From positions 72,264 to 136,263 of the forward strand of contig JAPOTS010000136.1 of assembly GCA_026709065.1 (NCBI GenBank): a stretch of 64,000 nt of DNA, in the 5' to 3' direction. This document shows, in pieces, positions 20,511 through 30,830 of this stretch (its first letter is position 1; each line of letters begins with the position of its first letter). Made by a program: the position numbers and the translations under genes. The notes under the pieces are model-generated. The model was not told where the DNA came from. It was given only the letters and a program-made list of their open reading frames with translations, and did no database searches. The DNA comes from Bacteroidota bacterium (GTDB taxonomy: Bacteria > Bacteroidota > Rhodothermia > Rhodothermales > Bin80).

Positions 20511-21230
20511 TTACGGACTGAGCGAGAAACCGAAAACTAGATATGACTTGTTAGTGTCAGTATTAAGAATATAACCAGCGGTTAGAGGTAATGCAAATGA
20601 TTCAGTAATCTGAAGATCTTTACTAGCTGAAATTCCTAAATTTACTAATGCAAAATCTTCGGTTCCATAAAAACCACTTTCCCCTGCAACGACACCTAAC
20701 GTAAACCCTAAATCTACATCAGAAACTGAAAAAGGTACAGATGCTTCTAAGTAGATAGAATCATCTGGATCGTTATGTACCATGAATGCTGCTGCCAGAG
20801 TCAATGGAAATGATTCTGGTAATGTCACTGATCCCATTAATTCAATGAAATGTGCACCTTCTTCATCATCAAAATTACTCCATTCACCAGCTTCACCAGG
20901 AGTGTTCGGGAAATAATAATCTGTAACTGCAAAATCAACACTCCCAGACCCCGGAAGCGCAATGCTGTATGATGCATAGATGTCATGTTCGTTGGCGGAT
21001 GCTCCATCTGCACTAATGGAATAAGAACCCCAAGTTCCAAGAGTAAACCCACCAGCACTCACTGAAAGATCTGGTTGGATGCTGAATGAGTCTCCAAAAT
21101 CATAACCACGCCAGACATACCGGTTGAAAAAATCAGCCCCTAAACTCACCGATTGAGCTTGTGTGAGAAATGGTGTCATGAGTACTGGTAAAAGGGCAGC
21201 AATTTGTAAGAGGTTGAAGCGATTATTCAT
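20511..21230 (-). CDS. Outer-membrane beta-barrel protein (TorF/Gcw_chp-like putative porin)
   Basis: A signal peptide 'LLQIAALLPVLMTPFLTQAQS', then alternating amphipathic strands with 'NRYVWRGYDFGD'. Confidence 0.65.
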   Translation of the reverse strand: MNNRFNLLQIAALLPVLMTPFLTQAQSVSLGADFFNRYVWRGYDFGDSFSIQPDLSVSAGGFTLGTWGSYSISADGASANEHDIYASYSIALPGSGSVDFAVTDYYFPNTPGEAGEWSNFDDEEGAHFIELMGSVTLPESFPLTLAAAFMVHNDPDDSIYLEASVPFSVSDVDLGFTLGVVAGESGFYGTEDFALVNLGISASKDLQITESFALPLTAGYILNTDTNKSYLVFGFSLSP

Positions 21231-21577
21231 GTTCAGTAATAATTTTAATTAATTGATTAGAATTGGGCGAATTAATACGACGTAGGCAATCAGATATTGA
21301 TGAAAAGATCAGACACCTCGCGTCTCTTATCAGAGAAAGATACGAATAATTTGTGAAAAATTGGTAAAGACAAATAACAATAAAAAATAATTATTAAGGA
21401 ATTTTGTATAATTATCCTTAATTATTACGGAAAAATAAATATTTAATTAATAAAATAAGGAATTTTAATAATATTGCCATAATAGACATTTTTCTGCATT
21501 CAACAAATCTTGCATAATCGGAGTATAATCCGTTTATTATATAGCCCAATCAATTAATACGCATTGAGCGGTCAATC

Positions 21578-24500
21578 ATGGATAGGCTGAAACAGAAGAC
21601 GGAATTACGAGGATTATATGATCCTGCATTTGAACATGATGCCTGTGGAGTAGGGCTTTATTGCCGTATTGACGGAAGCCCCTCACATAGAGTTGTAAGC
21701 AAGGGAATTCAAATCCTTGAAGAGCTTAGTCACAGGGGAGCATGCAGTTGCGATGAAACCACGGGGGACGGTGCAGGCATTCTATTACAAGTGCCTCATG
21801 AATTCTTTGAAAAAGAAATTACATCTTTGCCAGAGCTGGGTGATTATGGGGTTGGAGTTATCTTTATTCCGCCAGATCATCAATCTGCCTATAAGTTATT
21901 AATTGAAGAAATCATACAGTCTTTAGGTTTTTCATGTATAGGGTGGAGACAAGTCCCCGTAAAATCAGATGTGCTTGGACTCAGTGCTAAAATGACCGAG
22001 CCAACAATTTGGCAATGCTTCATTCAGCGTAACGATGATTTAGCCCTTGATGTATTTGAGCGGAAATTATATCTGATTCGGAAAATTTTTCAGAATTCTG
22101 TTAATGAGCATCACCTCTCAGGTGCATACATCGCCAGTCTATCGGCAAAAACGATCGTCTACAAAGGGATGCTAATGCCGACTCAGTTGATTAGCTATTT
22201 CCCCGACCTTAGCTCAACCCGACTCAAAAGTGCCATTGCCATGGTGCATTCACGGTTTAGCACCAACACATTCCCAGAATGGTCATTAGCACAGCCATTT
22301 AGATATCTCTGTCACAATGGCGAAATCAATACCCTTCGTGGAAATATCAATCAGATGCACGCTGCCGAAGCTATGTTCCGAAGTGATCGCTTCGGCCAAG
22401 ATATACGGAACCTAGCTCCTGTGATTCATGAAGGAGGCAGCGATTCAATGGCATTGGATAACGCATTGGAATTATTGTATCATACTGGACGCTCCCTGCC
22501 TCATGCAATGATGATGCTTATCCCAGAAGCATGGGAACGTGCTAAACACATGACAGATGATAAGCAGGCTTTTTATCAGTATCACAGCAACCTGATGGAT
22601 CCATGGGATGGGCCTGCCGATGTGCTATTTTCTGATGGTCAATATGCAGGAGCATTACTTGACCGGAATGGATTGCGACCCTCAAGATATACGATTACTA
22701 AAGATGGTCATGTCATCTTGGCATCCGAAACCGGAGTCGGAGATATCCCCGAGTCAAATGTTCTTCAGAAAGGTCGACTCAAACCGGGTAGAATGTTCCT
22801 CATCAATCTTGAAGAAAGGCGCATCATTAACGACGAAGAGATCAAAGAACAAATTTCAACTCGTGCCCCATATCGTGTTTGGCTAAATGAGCATCAGACC
22901 ACCCTAGATATGCTCCCGCCCGCGGAGCCAAGAGCGATTCAATATCCATTGGTGCAACTTCAGCAGATGTACGGATACTCGCTTGAAGACCTACGTCTTC
23001 TTATGGCACCGATGGGGCAAAACGCAAAAGAGCCCCTTGGAGCGATGGGGAATGATACACCACTTGCAGTCCTTTCAGATAGGCCGCGACTACTCTACGA
23101 TTATTTTAAGCAGTTATTTGCTCAGGTCACCAATCCACCGTTGGATGCCATTCGCGAGTTTATGGTGACATCGTTAGCGATGAATTTAGGAAGTAGTGGA
23201 AATCTATTTTATGAAACACCCCGCCACTGTGCAAAACTACGTCTTGAACAGCCAATTCTTACTGAGGCTGACTTAGCGTCAATCAATACTGGGATATCCG
23301 GGGTTGCAACATTGAATATGTGTTTTCAGCAGGGCCAGTTAGCAATGGCCTTAGAACAGTTGCAGGAAGAAGCTGCACAGGCAATTAGTCAGGGTTGTAG
23401 TTTAATTGTACTCTCAGATAGGGAAGCTGGTGAAGATGAATTTCCAGTTCCTGCTCTTTTGGCAACCGGAGCAGTACATCACTATCTAATCAATAAAGGG
23501 TTGCGCCTTCGTTGTGGATTAATCGTTGACAGTGGTGAACCCCGAGAGGTACATCATTTTGCTATGCTGATTGGGTTTGGTGCAGAAGCGGTATGTCCAT
23601 ACGTGGCTCTGTCAAGCGTGCGAAATATGGTGCGCAATCAGATGATCACAGATCTATCGGAATCGGAGGCAACCCAAAAATATATTAAGTCGATCGGTAG
23701 TGGGCTATTAAAGGTGATGTCAAAGATGGGTATATCCACCTTGCAGAGTTATCGTGGTGCCCAAATTTTTGAAGCCCTCGGACTCGGTTCTCATGTCGTA
23801 AACGAGTATTTTTCTGGGACATCATCACGGATTGATGGAATTGGTCTTGATGTGATTGCTCAGGAGGTCAAAATGCGCCATGAACGCGCATTCCCCCCTA
23901 AACAGATCTCAGGGGTTTATCCATTAGATGTAGGAGGGGTTTACCAATGGCGCAGAGGTGGCGAACGCCATGCATTTAGTCCTAGTGCAGTAGCCAATAT
24001 GCAGGAAGCTGCCCGTACGAAATCACATGAATCTTACAAAGCATTTTCAGACGAGATTAATCAAGGTGCGACGAATACACTAAGAGGCCTCCTGAGGTTT
24101 GATTATAAAAATGCCACACCGGTTGACATTGATCAAGTGATGTCTTGGACAGAAATCGTTAAGCTTTTCAAGACTGGAGCCATGTCTAATGGTTCAATTA
24201 GTGGGCAAACTCATGAAGCACTTGCAATTGCCATGAATCTCGTCGGTGGAAAGAGTAATACAGGTGAAGGGGGAGAGGGACCTGAGCGGTATGGGCGTGA
24301 TAATCCTCGTAGGAGTCGGATTAAACAAGTGGCATCAGGCAGGTTTGGTGTCACCATTGATTATCTCGAGAGTGCAGATGAGATTCAAATTAAAATTGCT
24401 CAAGGCGCTAAGCCAGGTGAAGGGGGACAACTCCCAGGTAAGAAAGTCTTTCCATGGATCGCAAAATTGCGACATTCTACGCCGTATGTAGGTCTGATTT

Positions 24501-26053
24501 CGCCTCCTCCACACCATGATATCTATTCTATTGAAGATCTTGCTCAGCTCATTCACGACTTAAAAAATGCAAACCCTAATGCCAGAATTAGTGTGAAGCT
24601 GGTTTCCGAAGTTGGTGTTGGAACTGTTGCCGCTGGAGTTGTCAAAGCTAAGTCAGATGTTGTCCTTATTAGTGGAACCGACGGTGGTACTGGCGCGTCA
24701 CCCAAAACCTCCATCATGCACGCAGGACTTCCATGGGAACTCGGACTTTCTGAGACGCATCAAACCCTAGTCCATCACGGACTACGTAGCCGAGTCGTTG
24801 TTGAATGTGATGGGCAAATGAAAACAGGACGAGATGTAGCTATTGCAGCACTTTTGGGTGCTGATGAGTTTGGCTTTGCAACTGCACCATTAGTTGCTCT
24901 TGGGTGCATCATGATGCGAAAATGCCATCTCAACACTTGCCCTGTTGGGATTGCGACACAAGATCCAGAGCTTATGAAGAAATTTGCAGGACAACCTGAA
25001 CATGTTGTCAATTATTTGCACTTTGTTGCAGAGGAGCTCCGGCAAATCATGGCTAAATTGGGTTTTAGAACCCTTAAAGAGATGTGTGGACGTGTAGATA
25101 TGCTCAAACCAAAGCGGAATGTCACACACTGGAAAGCGCGCCGTTTGGATCTCTCGCAAGTATTAGTTCATCCTCAAGTCCCTGAAATACTCAAGAAATT
25201 TAGCGTTACTCAGCAAGATCATGGATTAGACAATGCACTTGATCACTCATTGATAAAATTAGCACTCCCTGCTCTCAATCATAGAAAACAGGTGGTCGCA
25301 GATCTTCAAATCAGAAATACGAATCGCACGGTCGGTACGATGCTCAGTCATGCGATTTCACAACGTTATCAAAATAATCCCTTAGAAGACGACACGATTA
25401 CATTTAACTGTACTGGTTCAGCAGGGCAGAGCTTTGCAGCATTTGCGAATAAAGGAATCACATTTAACATCCTTGGGGATGCCAATGATTATTTTGGAAA
25501 AGGACTTTCTGGTGCTAAGATCATTATTTCTCCACCTCCCGAAGCAACCTATATTCCTCACGAGAATATCACGGTTGGTAATGTTGCATTTTATGGGGCT
25601 ACAAGTGGAGAAGCGTTTATTCATGGTGGAGCGGGTGAACGATTCTGTGTCAGAAATAGTGGAGTTCTCGCAGTCGTTGAAGCGGTAGGAGATCATGGTT
25701 GTGAGTATATGACCGGAGGCCGTGTGGTAGTTTTAGGAGAAACGGGCCGAAATTTTGCTGCTGGAATGAGTGGAGGCATTGCCTATGTGGTTGATGGAAC
25801 CTATGAGTTCAGAAATGGCCGCTGTAATATGGAATCTGTTGAGCTGTTACCAGTAGACCAAGAAGAGTATATTTTAGAGCTACATGCCTTGATTGAAAAG
25901 CACCTGCACTTAACTGGTAGTAATGCGGCCGCTTGGACGTTGGATAATTGGGAGCTTGCATTAACTGATTTTGTGATGGTGATGCCAGTAGAGTATCGGA
26001 AGGCTTTAGAGCGAATCGCCAAGGAATCTAACTCCGTTGAAATTGCTGTTTAA
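21578..26053 (+). CDS. gltB: Glutamate synthase large subunit
   Basis: 1491 aa. The Ntn amidotransferase start 'HDACGVG', plus FMN/3Fe-4S and GXGXG domains. Confidence 0.97.
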   Translation: MDRLKQKTELRGLYDPAFEHDACGVGLYCRIDGSPSHRVVSKGIQILEELSHRGACSCDETTGDGAGILLQVPHEFFEKEITSLPELGDYGVGVIFIPPDHQSAYKLLIEEIIQSLGFSCIGWRQVPVKSDVLGLSAKMTEPTIWQCFIQRNDDLALDVFERKLYLIRKIFQNSVNEHHLSGAYIASLSAKTIVYKGMLMPTQLISYFPDLSSTRLKSAIAMVHSRFSTNTFPEWSLAQPFRYLCHNGEINTLRGNINQMHAAEAMFRSDRFGQDIRNLAPVIHEGGSDSMALDNALELLYHTGRSLPHAMMMLIPEAWERAKHMTDDKQAFYQYHSNLMDPWDGPADVLFSDGQYAGALLDRNGLRPSRYTITKDGHVILASETGVGDIPESNVLQKGRLKPGRMFLINLEERRIINDEEIKEQISTRAPYRVWLNEHQTTLDMLPPAEPRAIQYPLVQLQQMYGYSLEDLRLLMAPMGQNAKEPLGAMGNDTPLAVLSDRPRLLYDYFKQLFAQVTNPPLDAIREFMVTSLAMNLGSSGNLFYETPRHCAKLRLEQPILTEADLASINTGISGVATLNMCFQQGQLAMALEQLQEEAAQAISQGCSLIVLSDREAGEDEFPVPALLATGAVHHYLINKGLRLRCGLIVDSGEPREVHHFAMLIGFGAEAVCPYVALSSVRNMVRNQMITDLSESEATQKYIKSIGSGLLKVMSKMGISTLQSYRGAQIFEALGLGSHVVNEYFSGTSSRIDGIGLDVIAQEVKMRHERAFPPKQISGVYPLDVGGVYQWRRGGERHAFSPSAVANMQEAARTKSHESYKAFSDEINQGATNTLRGLLRFDYKNATPVDIDQVMSWTEIVKLFKTGAMSNGSISGQTHEALAIAMNLVGGKSNTGEGGEGPERYGRDNPRRSRIKQVASGRFGVTIDYLESADEIQIKIAQGAKPGEGGQLPGKKVFPWIAKLRHSTPYVGLISPPPHHDIYSIEDLAQLIHDLKNANPNARISVKLVSEVGVGTVAAGVVKAKSDVVLISGTDGGTGASPKTSIMHAGLPWELGLSETHQTLVHHGLRSRVVVECDGQMKTGRDVAIAALLGADEFGFATAPLVALGCIMMRKCHLNTCPVGIATQDPELMKKFAGQPEHVVNYLHFVAEELRQIMAKLGFRTLKEMCGRVDMLKPKRNVTHWKARRLDLSQVLVHPQVPEILKKFSVTQQDHGLDNALDHSLIKLALPALNHRKQVVADLQIRNTNRTVGTMLSHAISQRYQNNPLEDDTITFNCTGSAGQSFAAFANKGITFNILGDANDYFGKGLSGAKIIISPPPEATYIPHENITVGNVAFYGATSGEAFIHGGAGERFCVRNSGVLAVVEAVGDHGCEYMTGGRVVVLGETGRNFAAGMSGGIAYVVDGTYEFRNGRCNMESVELLPVDQEEYILELHALIEKHLHLTGSNAAAWTLDNWELALTDFVMVMPVEYRKALERIAKESNSVEIAV

Positions 26054-26055
26054 TC

Positions 26056-27510
26056 ATGGGAAAGACGACTGGATTTATTGAATACGAACGGGAGATGCCA
26101 GCCCACCGGCCGGTAAGTGAACGCATTCATGATTGGCGTGAAGTATATGCTCCATTTTCTGAGCAACGCCTCCGTAAACAAGCTGCTAGATGCATGGATT
26201 GTGGAATTCCATTCTGTCAGTCAGGATGTCCACTAGGAAATGTCATTCCTGACTGGAACGATTTAGTCTATCGAGGTGACTGGAAGGCGGCTTATGAGCG
26301 ACTCATTGCCACGAATAATTTTCCAGAATTTACAGGACGAATCTGCCCAGCCCCATGTGAGACTGCTTGTGTTTTAGGAATTATTGACGATCCTGTAACG
26401 ATTGAACAAATTGAAAAAGAAATTATTGAGTATGCCTTTGAAGCAGGTTGGGTTCAATCTCAGCAGCCACTCAGAAGAACTGGAAAAAAAGTAGCAGTCA
26501 TCGGATCAGGTCCCGCTGGACTTGCCGCAGCTGATCAATTAAATCGGGCGGGGCATCGCGTGACTGTATTGGAGAGAGATGATCGAATTGGTGGGCTTCT
26601 TCGATATGGAATCCCTGATTTCAAACTCGAAAAGTGGGTATTAGATCGACGCTTGGAGGTGATGAAGAAAAGTGGAATCCAGTTTATCACTCGCGCAGAT
26701 GTGGGAGGATCCTATGCGTCATCTCGACTTAATGAATTTGATGCAGTCGTCATTTGTACAGGAGCCACTAAGCCAAGAAATTTACCTGTTCGTGGCCGCA
26801 AGCTAGATGGTATTCATTATGCATTTGATTACTTGCGTCAGCAGAATAAACTCAATGAAGGTGATGATTTGCGTCGAGAAAATATTACTCGCATCAACGC
26901 TCAGGGCAAACATGTCATTGTAATTGGAGGAGGAGATACTGGTAGTGATTGCGTAGGAACCGCTAATAGACAGGGAGCCAAATCTGTGACGCAATTTGAA
27001 TTACTTCCGACTCCCCCCGAAGATCGTCCACTCCATCAACCATGGCCCTATTACCCGATGATTCTTCGCACGAGCTCATCCCATCAGGAAGGAGCCAATC
27101 GGCATTGGAGCATTATGACAAAAGAATTTTCAGGAACCAATGGAGAAGTCAACTGCTTGAAGACACTTCGCACAGAATTCAAAGATCAGAAAATTGTTGA
27201 ATATCCCGAATCAGAACAAACATGGCCTGCTGATCTCGTTCTTCTTGCAATTGGATACTCTGGGCCAGAATCTGACAATATCGCTGGCCCGCTTGGCTTG
27301 AAGCTTGATCATAGAAGCAATTACAAAACAAACCGTGAATACCAAACCAACGTTCCAGGAATCTTTGCTGCAGGAGATGCACGTCGTGGTCAATCGTTAG
27401 TGGTTTGGGCGATTAGCGAGGGGCGCGAGGCCGCACTACATGCGGATGCATACCTTTCAGGATTCATTGCGCTACCCACCAAAGGACTAGGCGATTTAAC
27501 TCGCAGGTAA
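26056..27510 (+). CDS. gltD: Glutamate synthase small subunit (NADPH)
   Basis: Cys clusters 'CMDCGIPFCQSGCPLGN' and a Rossmann fold 'VAVIGSGPAGLAAA'. Confidence 0.95.
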   Translation: MGKTTGFIEYEREMPAHRPVSERIHDWREVYAPFSEQRLRKQAARCMDCGIPFCQSGCPLGNVIPDWNDLVYRGDWKAAYERLIATNNFPEFTGRICPAPCETACVLGIIDDPVTIEQIEKEIIEYAFEAGWVQSQQPLRRTGKKVAVIGSGPAGLAAADQLNRAGHRVTVLERDDRIGGLLRYGIPDFKLEKWVLDRRLEVMKKSGIQFITRADVGGSYASSRLNEFDAVVICTGATKPRNLPVRGRKLDGIHYAFDYLRQQNKLNEGDDLRRENITRINAQGKHVIVIGGGDTGSDCVGTANRQGAKSVTQFELLPTPPEDRPLHQPWPYYPMILRTSSSHQEGANRHWSIMTKEFSGTNGEVNCLKTLRTEFKDQKIVEYPESEQTWPADLVLLAIGYSGPESDNIAGPLGLKLDHRSNYKTNREYQTNVPGIFAAGDARRGQSLVVWAISEGREAALHADAYLSGFIALPTKGLGDLTRR

Positions 27511-27555
27511 TCCTTTTCTCATGGATAAATTCATGAAGATTTACGACTATTCGTT

Positions 27556-27870
27556 TTGATTTGATAGATTTTGATTTAAGCAACACTTCTCTAAGTATTC
27601 ATAGATTTTTGTAATCTTTGTTGCTTTACTTGCTAAATTAGAATCTTGCAGGTTGATGACAATATGAAAATAGATGTCAGGCGACAACAGTAGATGATGA
27701 TGTGTAGGATCTGTACGCATTCAATGATCCATTTACAATCTGAAAGCGGAGATAATGATGGACAAATCCAAGAGATTAAAACTATGGTAGAAGATGCAAC
27801 AAATTTGAAATTTTTAGATTGCTATTCTCTTTATGGTAGTCTGCATCTCGTCACACGATTTGTGATATAA
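27556..27870 (+). repeat. Left copy of a diverged direct repeat bracketing the methyltransferase island
   Basis: It aligns by eye with 30831-31092 at roughly 75-80% identity, with one ~35-nt indel. Shared blocks include 'tagaatcttgca', 'acagtagatg', 'gaaagcgga' and 'cacacgatttgtg'. Confidence 0.8.
27694..27870 (+). CDS. Small ORF (58 aa) inside the left repeat: 'MMMCRICTHSMIHLQSESGDNDGQIQEIKTMVEDATNLKFLDCYSLYGSLHLVTRFVI'
   Basis: It falls below the 60-aa cutoff of the ORF track. Its first ~30 codons are conserved in the right repeat copy, and differences concentrate at third codon positions (12 of 17). Confidence 0.4.
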   Translation: MMMCRICTHSMIHLQSESGDNDGQIQEIKTMVEDATNLKFLDCYSLYGSLHLVTRFVI

Positions 27871-27913
27871 TTGAGTAAATGATAGATTTCTTTCTTATAA
27901 TCTGACATAATCA

Positions 27914-30805
27914 ATGTCAAATAATTCGGAAAGGATAGTTAATGGGAAACTTGCGGAGTGTCTCAGGAGCAAACTCTGGGATTGGAGTGTGGATGCGGAG
28001 CAGACGGATGTTTTTGTTGACCGGCAAAAGCAACCGGATCTAGTGATCTCCCATGCAGGTGGGCTGACCGTGATTTTGGAGACAGAGTTTTCGCCTGCCC
28101 ACGGCGTTGAAGCCGATACGCGTCGGCGATTGGGTCAAACGGTCAATGCGACGAGTGAACAAATTGAGCAGTGCATTGCTGTCAAGATGCCGGTATCACT
28201 TCGTAAGGTAGAGCAGAAGCATCTGGAGATGGCCATAAAAACGGCTCGTTACAATTATGTGGTCTTCACCTTTGATGGGAAAGACGAATTATATGATCAC
28301 ATAGAGCGGTGGCCGGGTAGTGGCTGGCTTGAAGGGGGTTTAGATGATTTAGCCAGCTGCATAGAGACGGTGGCACTGTCAGAGCGAAGAGTTGCCAAGG
28401 GTGTAAAGATCTTGGAGCGGGGAGTCAGTCAAGCGGCGGGGTATTTGCAGTTTCATGCGCCCGGATATGTTCTGGATGAGCTGGCTGAGGAGCTTCATCA
28501 ACAAGGGGGCGAGCAAACCACCCGCATGGCGATGGCGATTTTAGCCAATGCTGTGATCTTCCATATGCGATTAGCCCGGCATCACGCGAAGATAAAGTCA
28601 TTGAGTCATACCAAGAACGAACTTGGAACGATCATCCAGTCGGATGTGATAGAAGCGTGGCGTGCGATTCTAAAAATCAATTACTGGCCAATATTCAGAT
28701 TGGCATCTGATCTTTTTCTGATTCTTCCAGAAAGAGAGTCCCAAAAGGTGATCGCCATCTTAAACGATATGGCAGCGCAGTTAGAGCGTTTTGGGGCAGC
28801 AGATATTCAGGACTTATCGGGTCGGATGTTTCAGCAACTCATCACAGACCGTAAGTTTTTAGCCACATTTTATACGCTTCCCGCATCGGCGACGCTGCTT
28901 TCAGAGTTAGCGGTATCACGCATAGGGGTGAACTGGTCATCAAGTCAAGAGGTGACCTCTCTACAGGTTTGTGATTTAGCATGTGGGACGGGTGCATTGT
29001 TAGGGGCAACCTACCATGCGTTTGCATCGCGCCATCGGCGCGGGGGCAAGGATGATCGGCGGTTGCATGCCAAGATGATGGAGCGCGTATTGACTGCGGC
29101 AGATATCATGCCATCCGCCGTGCATTTGACGGCTGCGACGCTATCGGGGATGCATCCTGATAAACCCTACGGGCATACACGCATTATCACGATGCCGTAT
29201 GGAGAGGACAGCAAAGAAAATGGGATATCAATAGGATCATTGGATTTAATGGAGGCCAACGAGACGAGGGCGATTTTTGGGACGGGGCGTAAGGCGCTTT
29301 CAGGGAAGGGGGCAGCGGTAGAAGATTCTAAGGGAATGGTGGTTGAGGTACCCCATCAATCAATGGATTTGGTGGTCATGAATCCGCCATTTACTCGTCC
29401 AACCAACCATGAGGCGACCGAGGTTCCGGTGCCGTCGTTTGCTGGGTTCCAAACACAAAAGCAAGAGCAGTCTAAGATGTCGGCCCGTCTTAGAGAGATT
29501 CGGAAAGGGTTGTCTTATCCGGCAGGGCATGGGAATGCGGGTCTTGCCTCAAATTTCATTGATTTAGCTCATGCCAAGCTTCGTCCTGGGGGAGTACTGG
29601 CGTTGGTTCTACCGGCATCATTTATGCAGGGAAAGTCTTGGGAGAATGCCCGGACACTACTACGCAGATGTTATGAGGATATATTGGTGGTAAGCATTGC
29701 AGCGGAGGGGAATACCGATCGTGCATTTTCTGCAGATACAGCGATGGCGGAAGTGCTGGTCGTAGCGACTCGTAAGGTAGAAAACAATAAACCAGACAAT
29801 GACATAAGTATTGCAAATCTACATCAGAGGCCTGCGACTCAGTTGGAAGCTTTAGTGCTTGCGGATTTGATTGAGCAAAGTCGTATAGATCCGTCACAAC
29901 CGGGGGGAAGGCTTGCATTAACTGAGACGGAGATGGCTGGGAGTTTTTTCCGTACAAGCGATTGGGGCGGATTTGGGATCAGAGAATTAACGCTGTTGAA
30001 GTGTATGAATGCACTTGAAGACGGGGAATTACTATGGCCGAGGATGGGAGGATCAGAGTCCATACCTGTGTGCCAACTTGGTGAGCTTGGACGGCGCGGG
30101 TTATTGAGCAGAGATATCAATGGTCTCAATAGCGATGGAACGCCACGAGGCCCGTTTGAGATTGTGTCTATGACCGATGGAACGCCTGAATATCCTGTAT
30201 TGTGGGGTCATGATGCAACTCGGGAGCAACGATTCGTGGTAGAGCCGGATCAACAGGGAATGGCCCGCAGTGGATATCGGCAGCAGGCGGCTGAGAAGTG
30301 GCGTAATGGAGCCTCGAGGTTGCACTACAATGTGGATTTTCAACTGAACTCTCAGCCCTTAGCGACATGTATCACCGAAAAGTCTTGTTTGGGAGGCACG
30401 GCATGGCCGAATTTTATCACCCAAGAAAAGTGGGAGATTCCTCTGGTCCTATGGGGGAATACGACTCTTGGTTTAATTGCTTTTTGGTGGATAGGTACAA
30501 GGCAGCAACAAGGGCGATCAAGGCTCTCAATATCTCGCATGCCTGAGCTAATATCAATGGATCCGAGGCAATTGACTCAGAAGCAGTTAGATCAATCGCA
30601 GGAGATCTTTGATCAGTTTAAGGGCAGAGATTTTTTGCCAGCAAATGAAGCCTATCGGGATCAAGCCCGCATAGATTTAGATCATGCAGTCATGGTGTCA
30701 CTGTTAGGAGTCCAAGAGCAAATACTTGAAAATCTATCAATCCTTCGTCAGCAATGGTGTGAAGAACCGAGCGTCCATGGCGGAAAAGCAACAAAACCAG
30801 TGTAA
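27914..30805 (+). CDS. Single-polypeptide gamma-class N6-adenine DNA methyltransferase with a nuclease-like N-terminus (MmeI-like Type IIG/IIL architecture)
   Basis: Motif X 'FYTLPASATLL' (aa 319), motif I 'VCDLACGTGALL' (aa 352-363) and motif IV 'VMNPPFTRP' (aa 488-496) occur in the order X-I-IV. The N-terminus has 'PDLVI...VILETEF', a PD...ExE pattern. About 450 aa follow motif IV. G+C is higher than in the flanks. Confidence 0.75.
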   Translation: MSNNSERIVNGKLAECLRSKLWDWSVDAEQTDVFVDRQKQPDLVISHAGGLTVILETEFSPAHGVEADTRRRLGQTVNATSEQIEQCIAVKMPVSLRKVEQKHLEMAIKTARYNYVVFTFDGKDELYDHIERWPGSGWLEGGLDDLASCIETVALSERRVAKGVKILERGVSQAAGYLQFHAPGYVLDELAEELHQQGGEQTTRMAMAILANAVIFHMRLARHHAKIKSLSHTKNELGTIIQSDVIEAWRAILKINYWPIFRLASDLFLILPERESQKVIAILNDMAAQLERFGAADIQDLSGRMFQQLITDRKFLATFYTLPASATLLSELAVSRIGVNWSSSQEVTSLQVCDLACGTGALLGATYHAFASRHRRGGKDDRRLHAKMMERVLTAADIMPSAVHLTAATLSGMHPDKPYGHTRIITMPYGEDSKENGISIGSLDLMEANETRAIFGTGRKALSGKGAAVEDSKGMVVEVPHQSMDLVVMNPPFTRPTNHEATEVPVPSFAGFQTQKQEQSKMSARLREIRKGLSYPAGHGNAGLASNFIDLAHAKLRPGGVLALVLPASFMQGKSWENARTLLRRCYEDILVVSIAAEGNTDRAFSADTAMAEVLVVATRKVENNKPDNDISIANLHQRPATQLEALVLADLIEQSRIDPSQPGGRLALTETEMAGSFFRTSDWGGFGIRELTLLKCMNALEDGELLWPRMGGSESIPVCQLGELGRRGLLSRDINGLNSDGTPRGPFEIVSMTDGTPEYPVLWGHDATREQRFVVEPDQQGMARSGYRQQAAEKWRNGASRLHYNVDFQLNSQPLATCITEKSCLGGTAWPNFITQEKWEIPLVLWGNTTLGLIAFWWIGTRQQQGRSRLSISRMPELISMDPRQLTQKQLDQSQEIFDQFKGRDFLPANEAYRDQARIDLDHAVMVSLLGVQEQILENLSILRQQWCEEPSVHGGKATKPV

Positions 30806-30830
30806 TAGGTTTTCCTACTATTTCTCTGGA

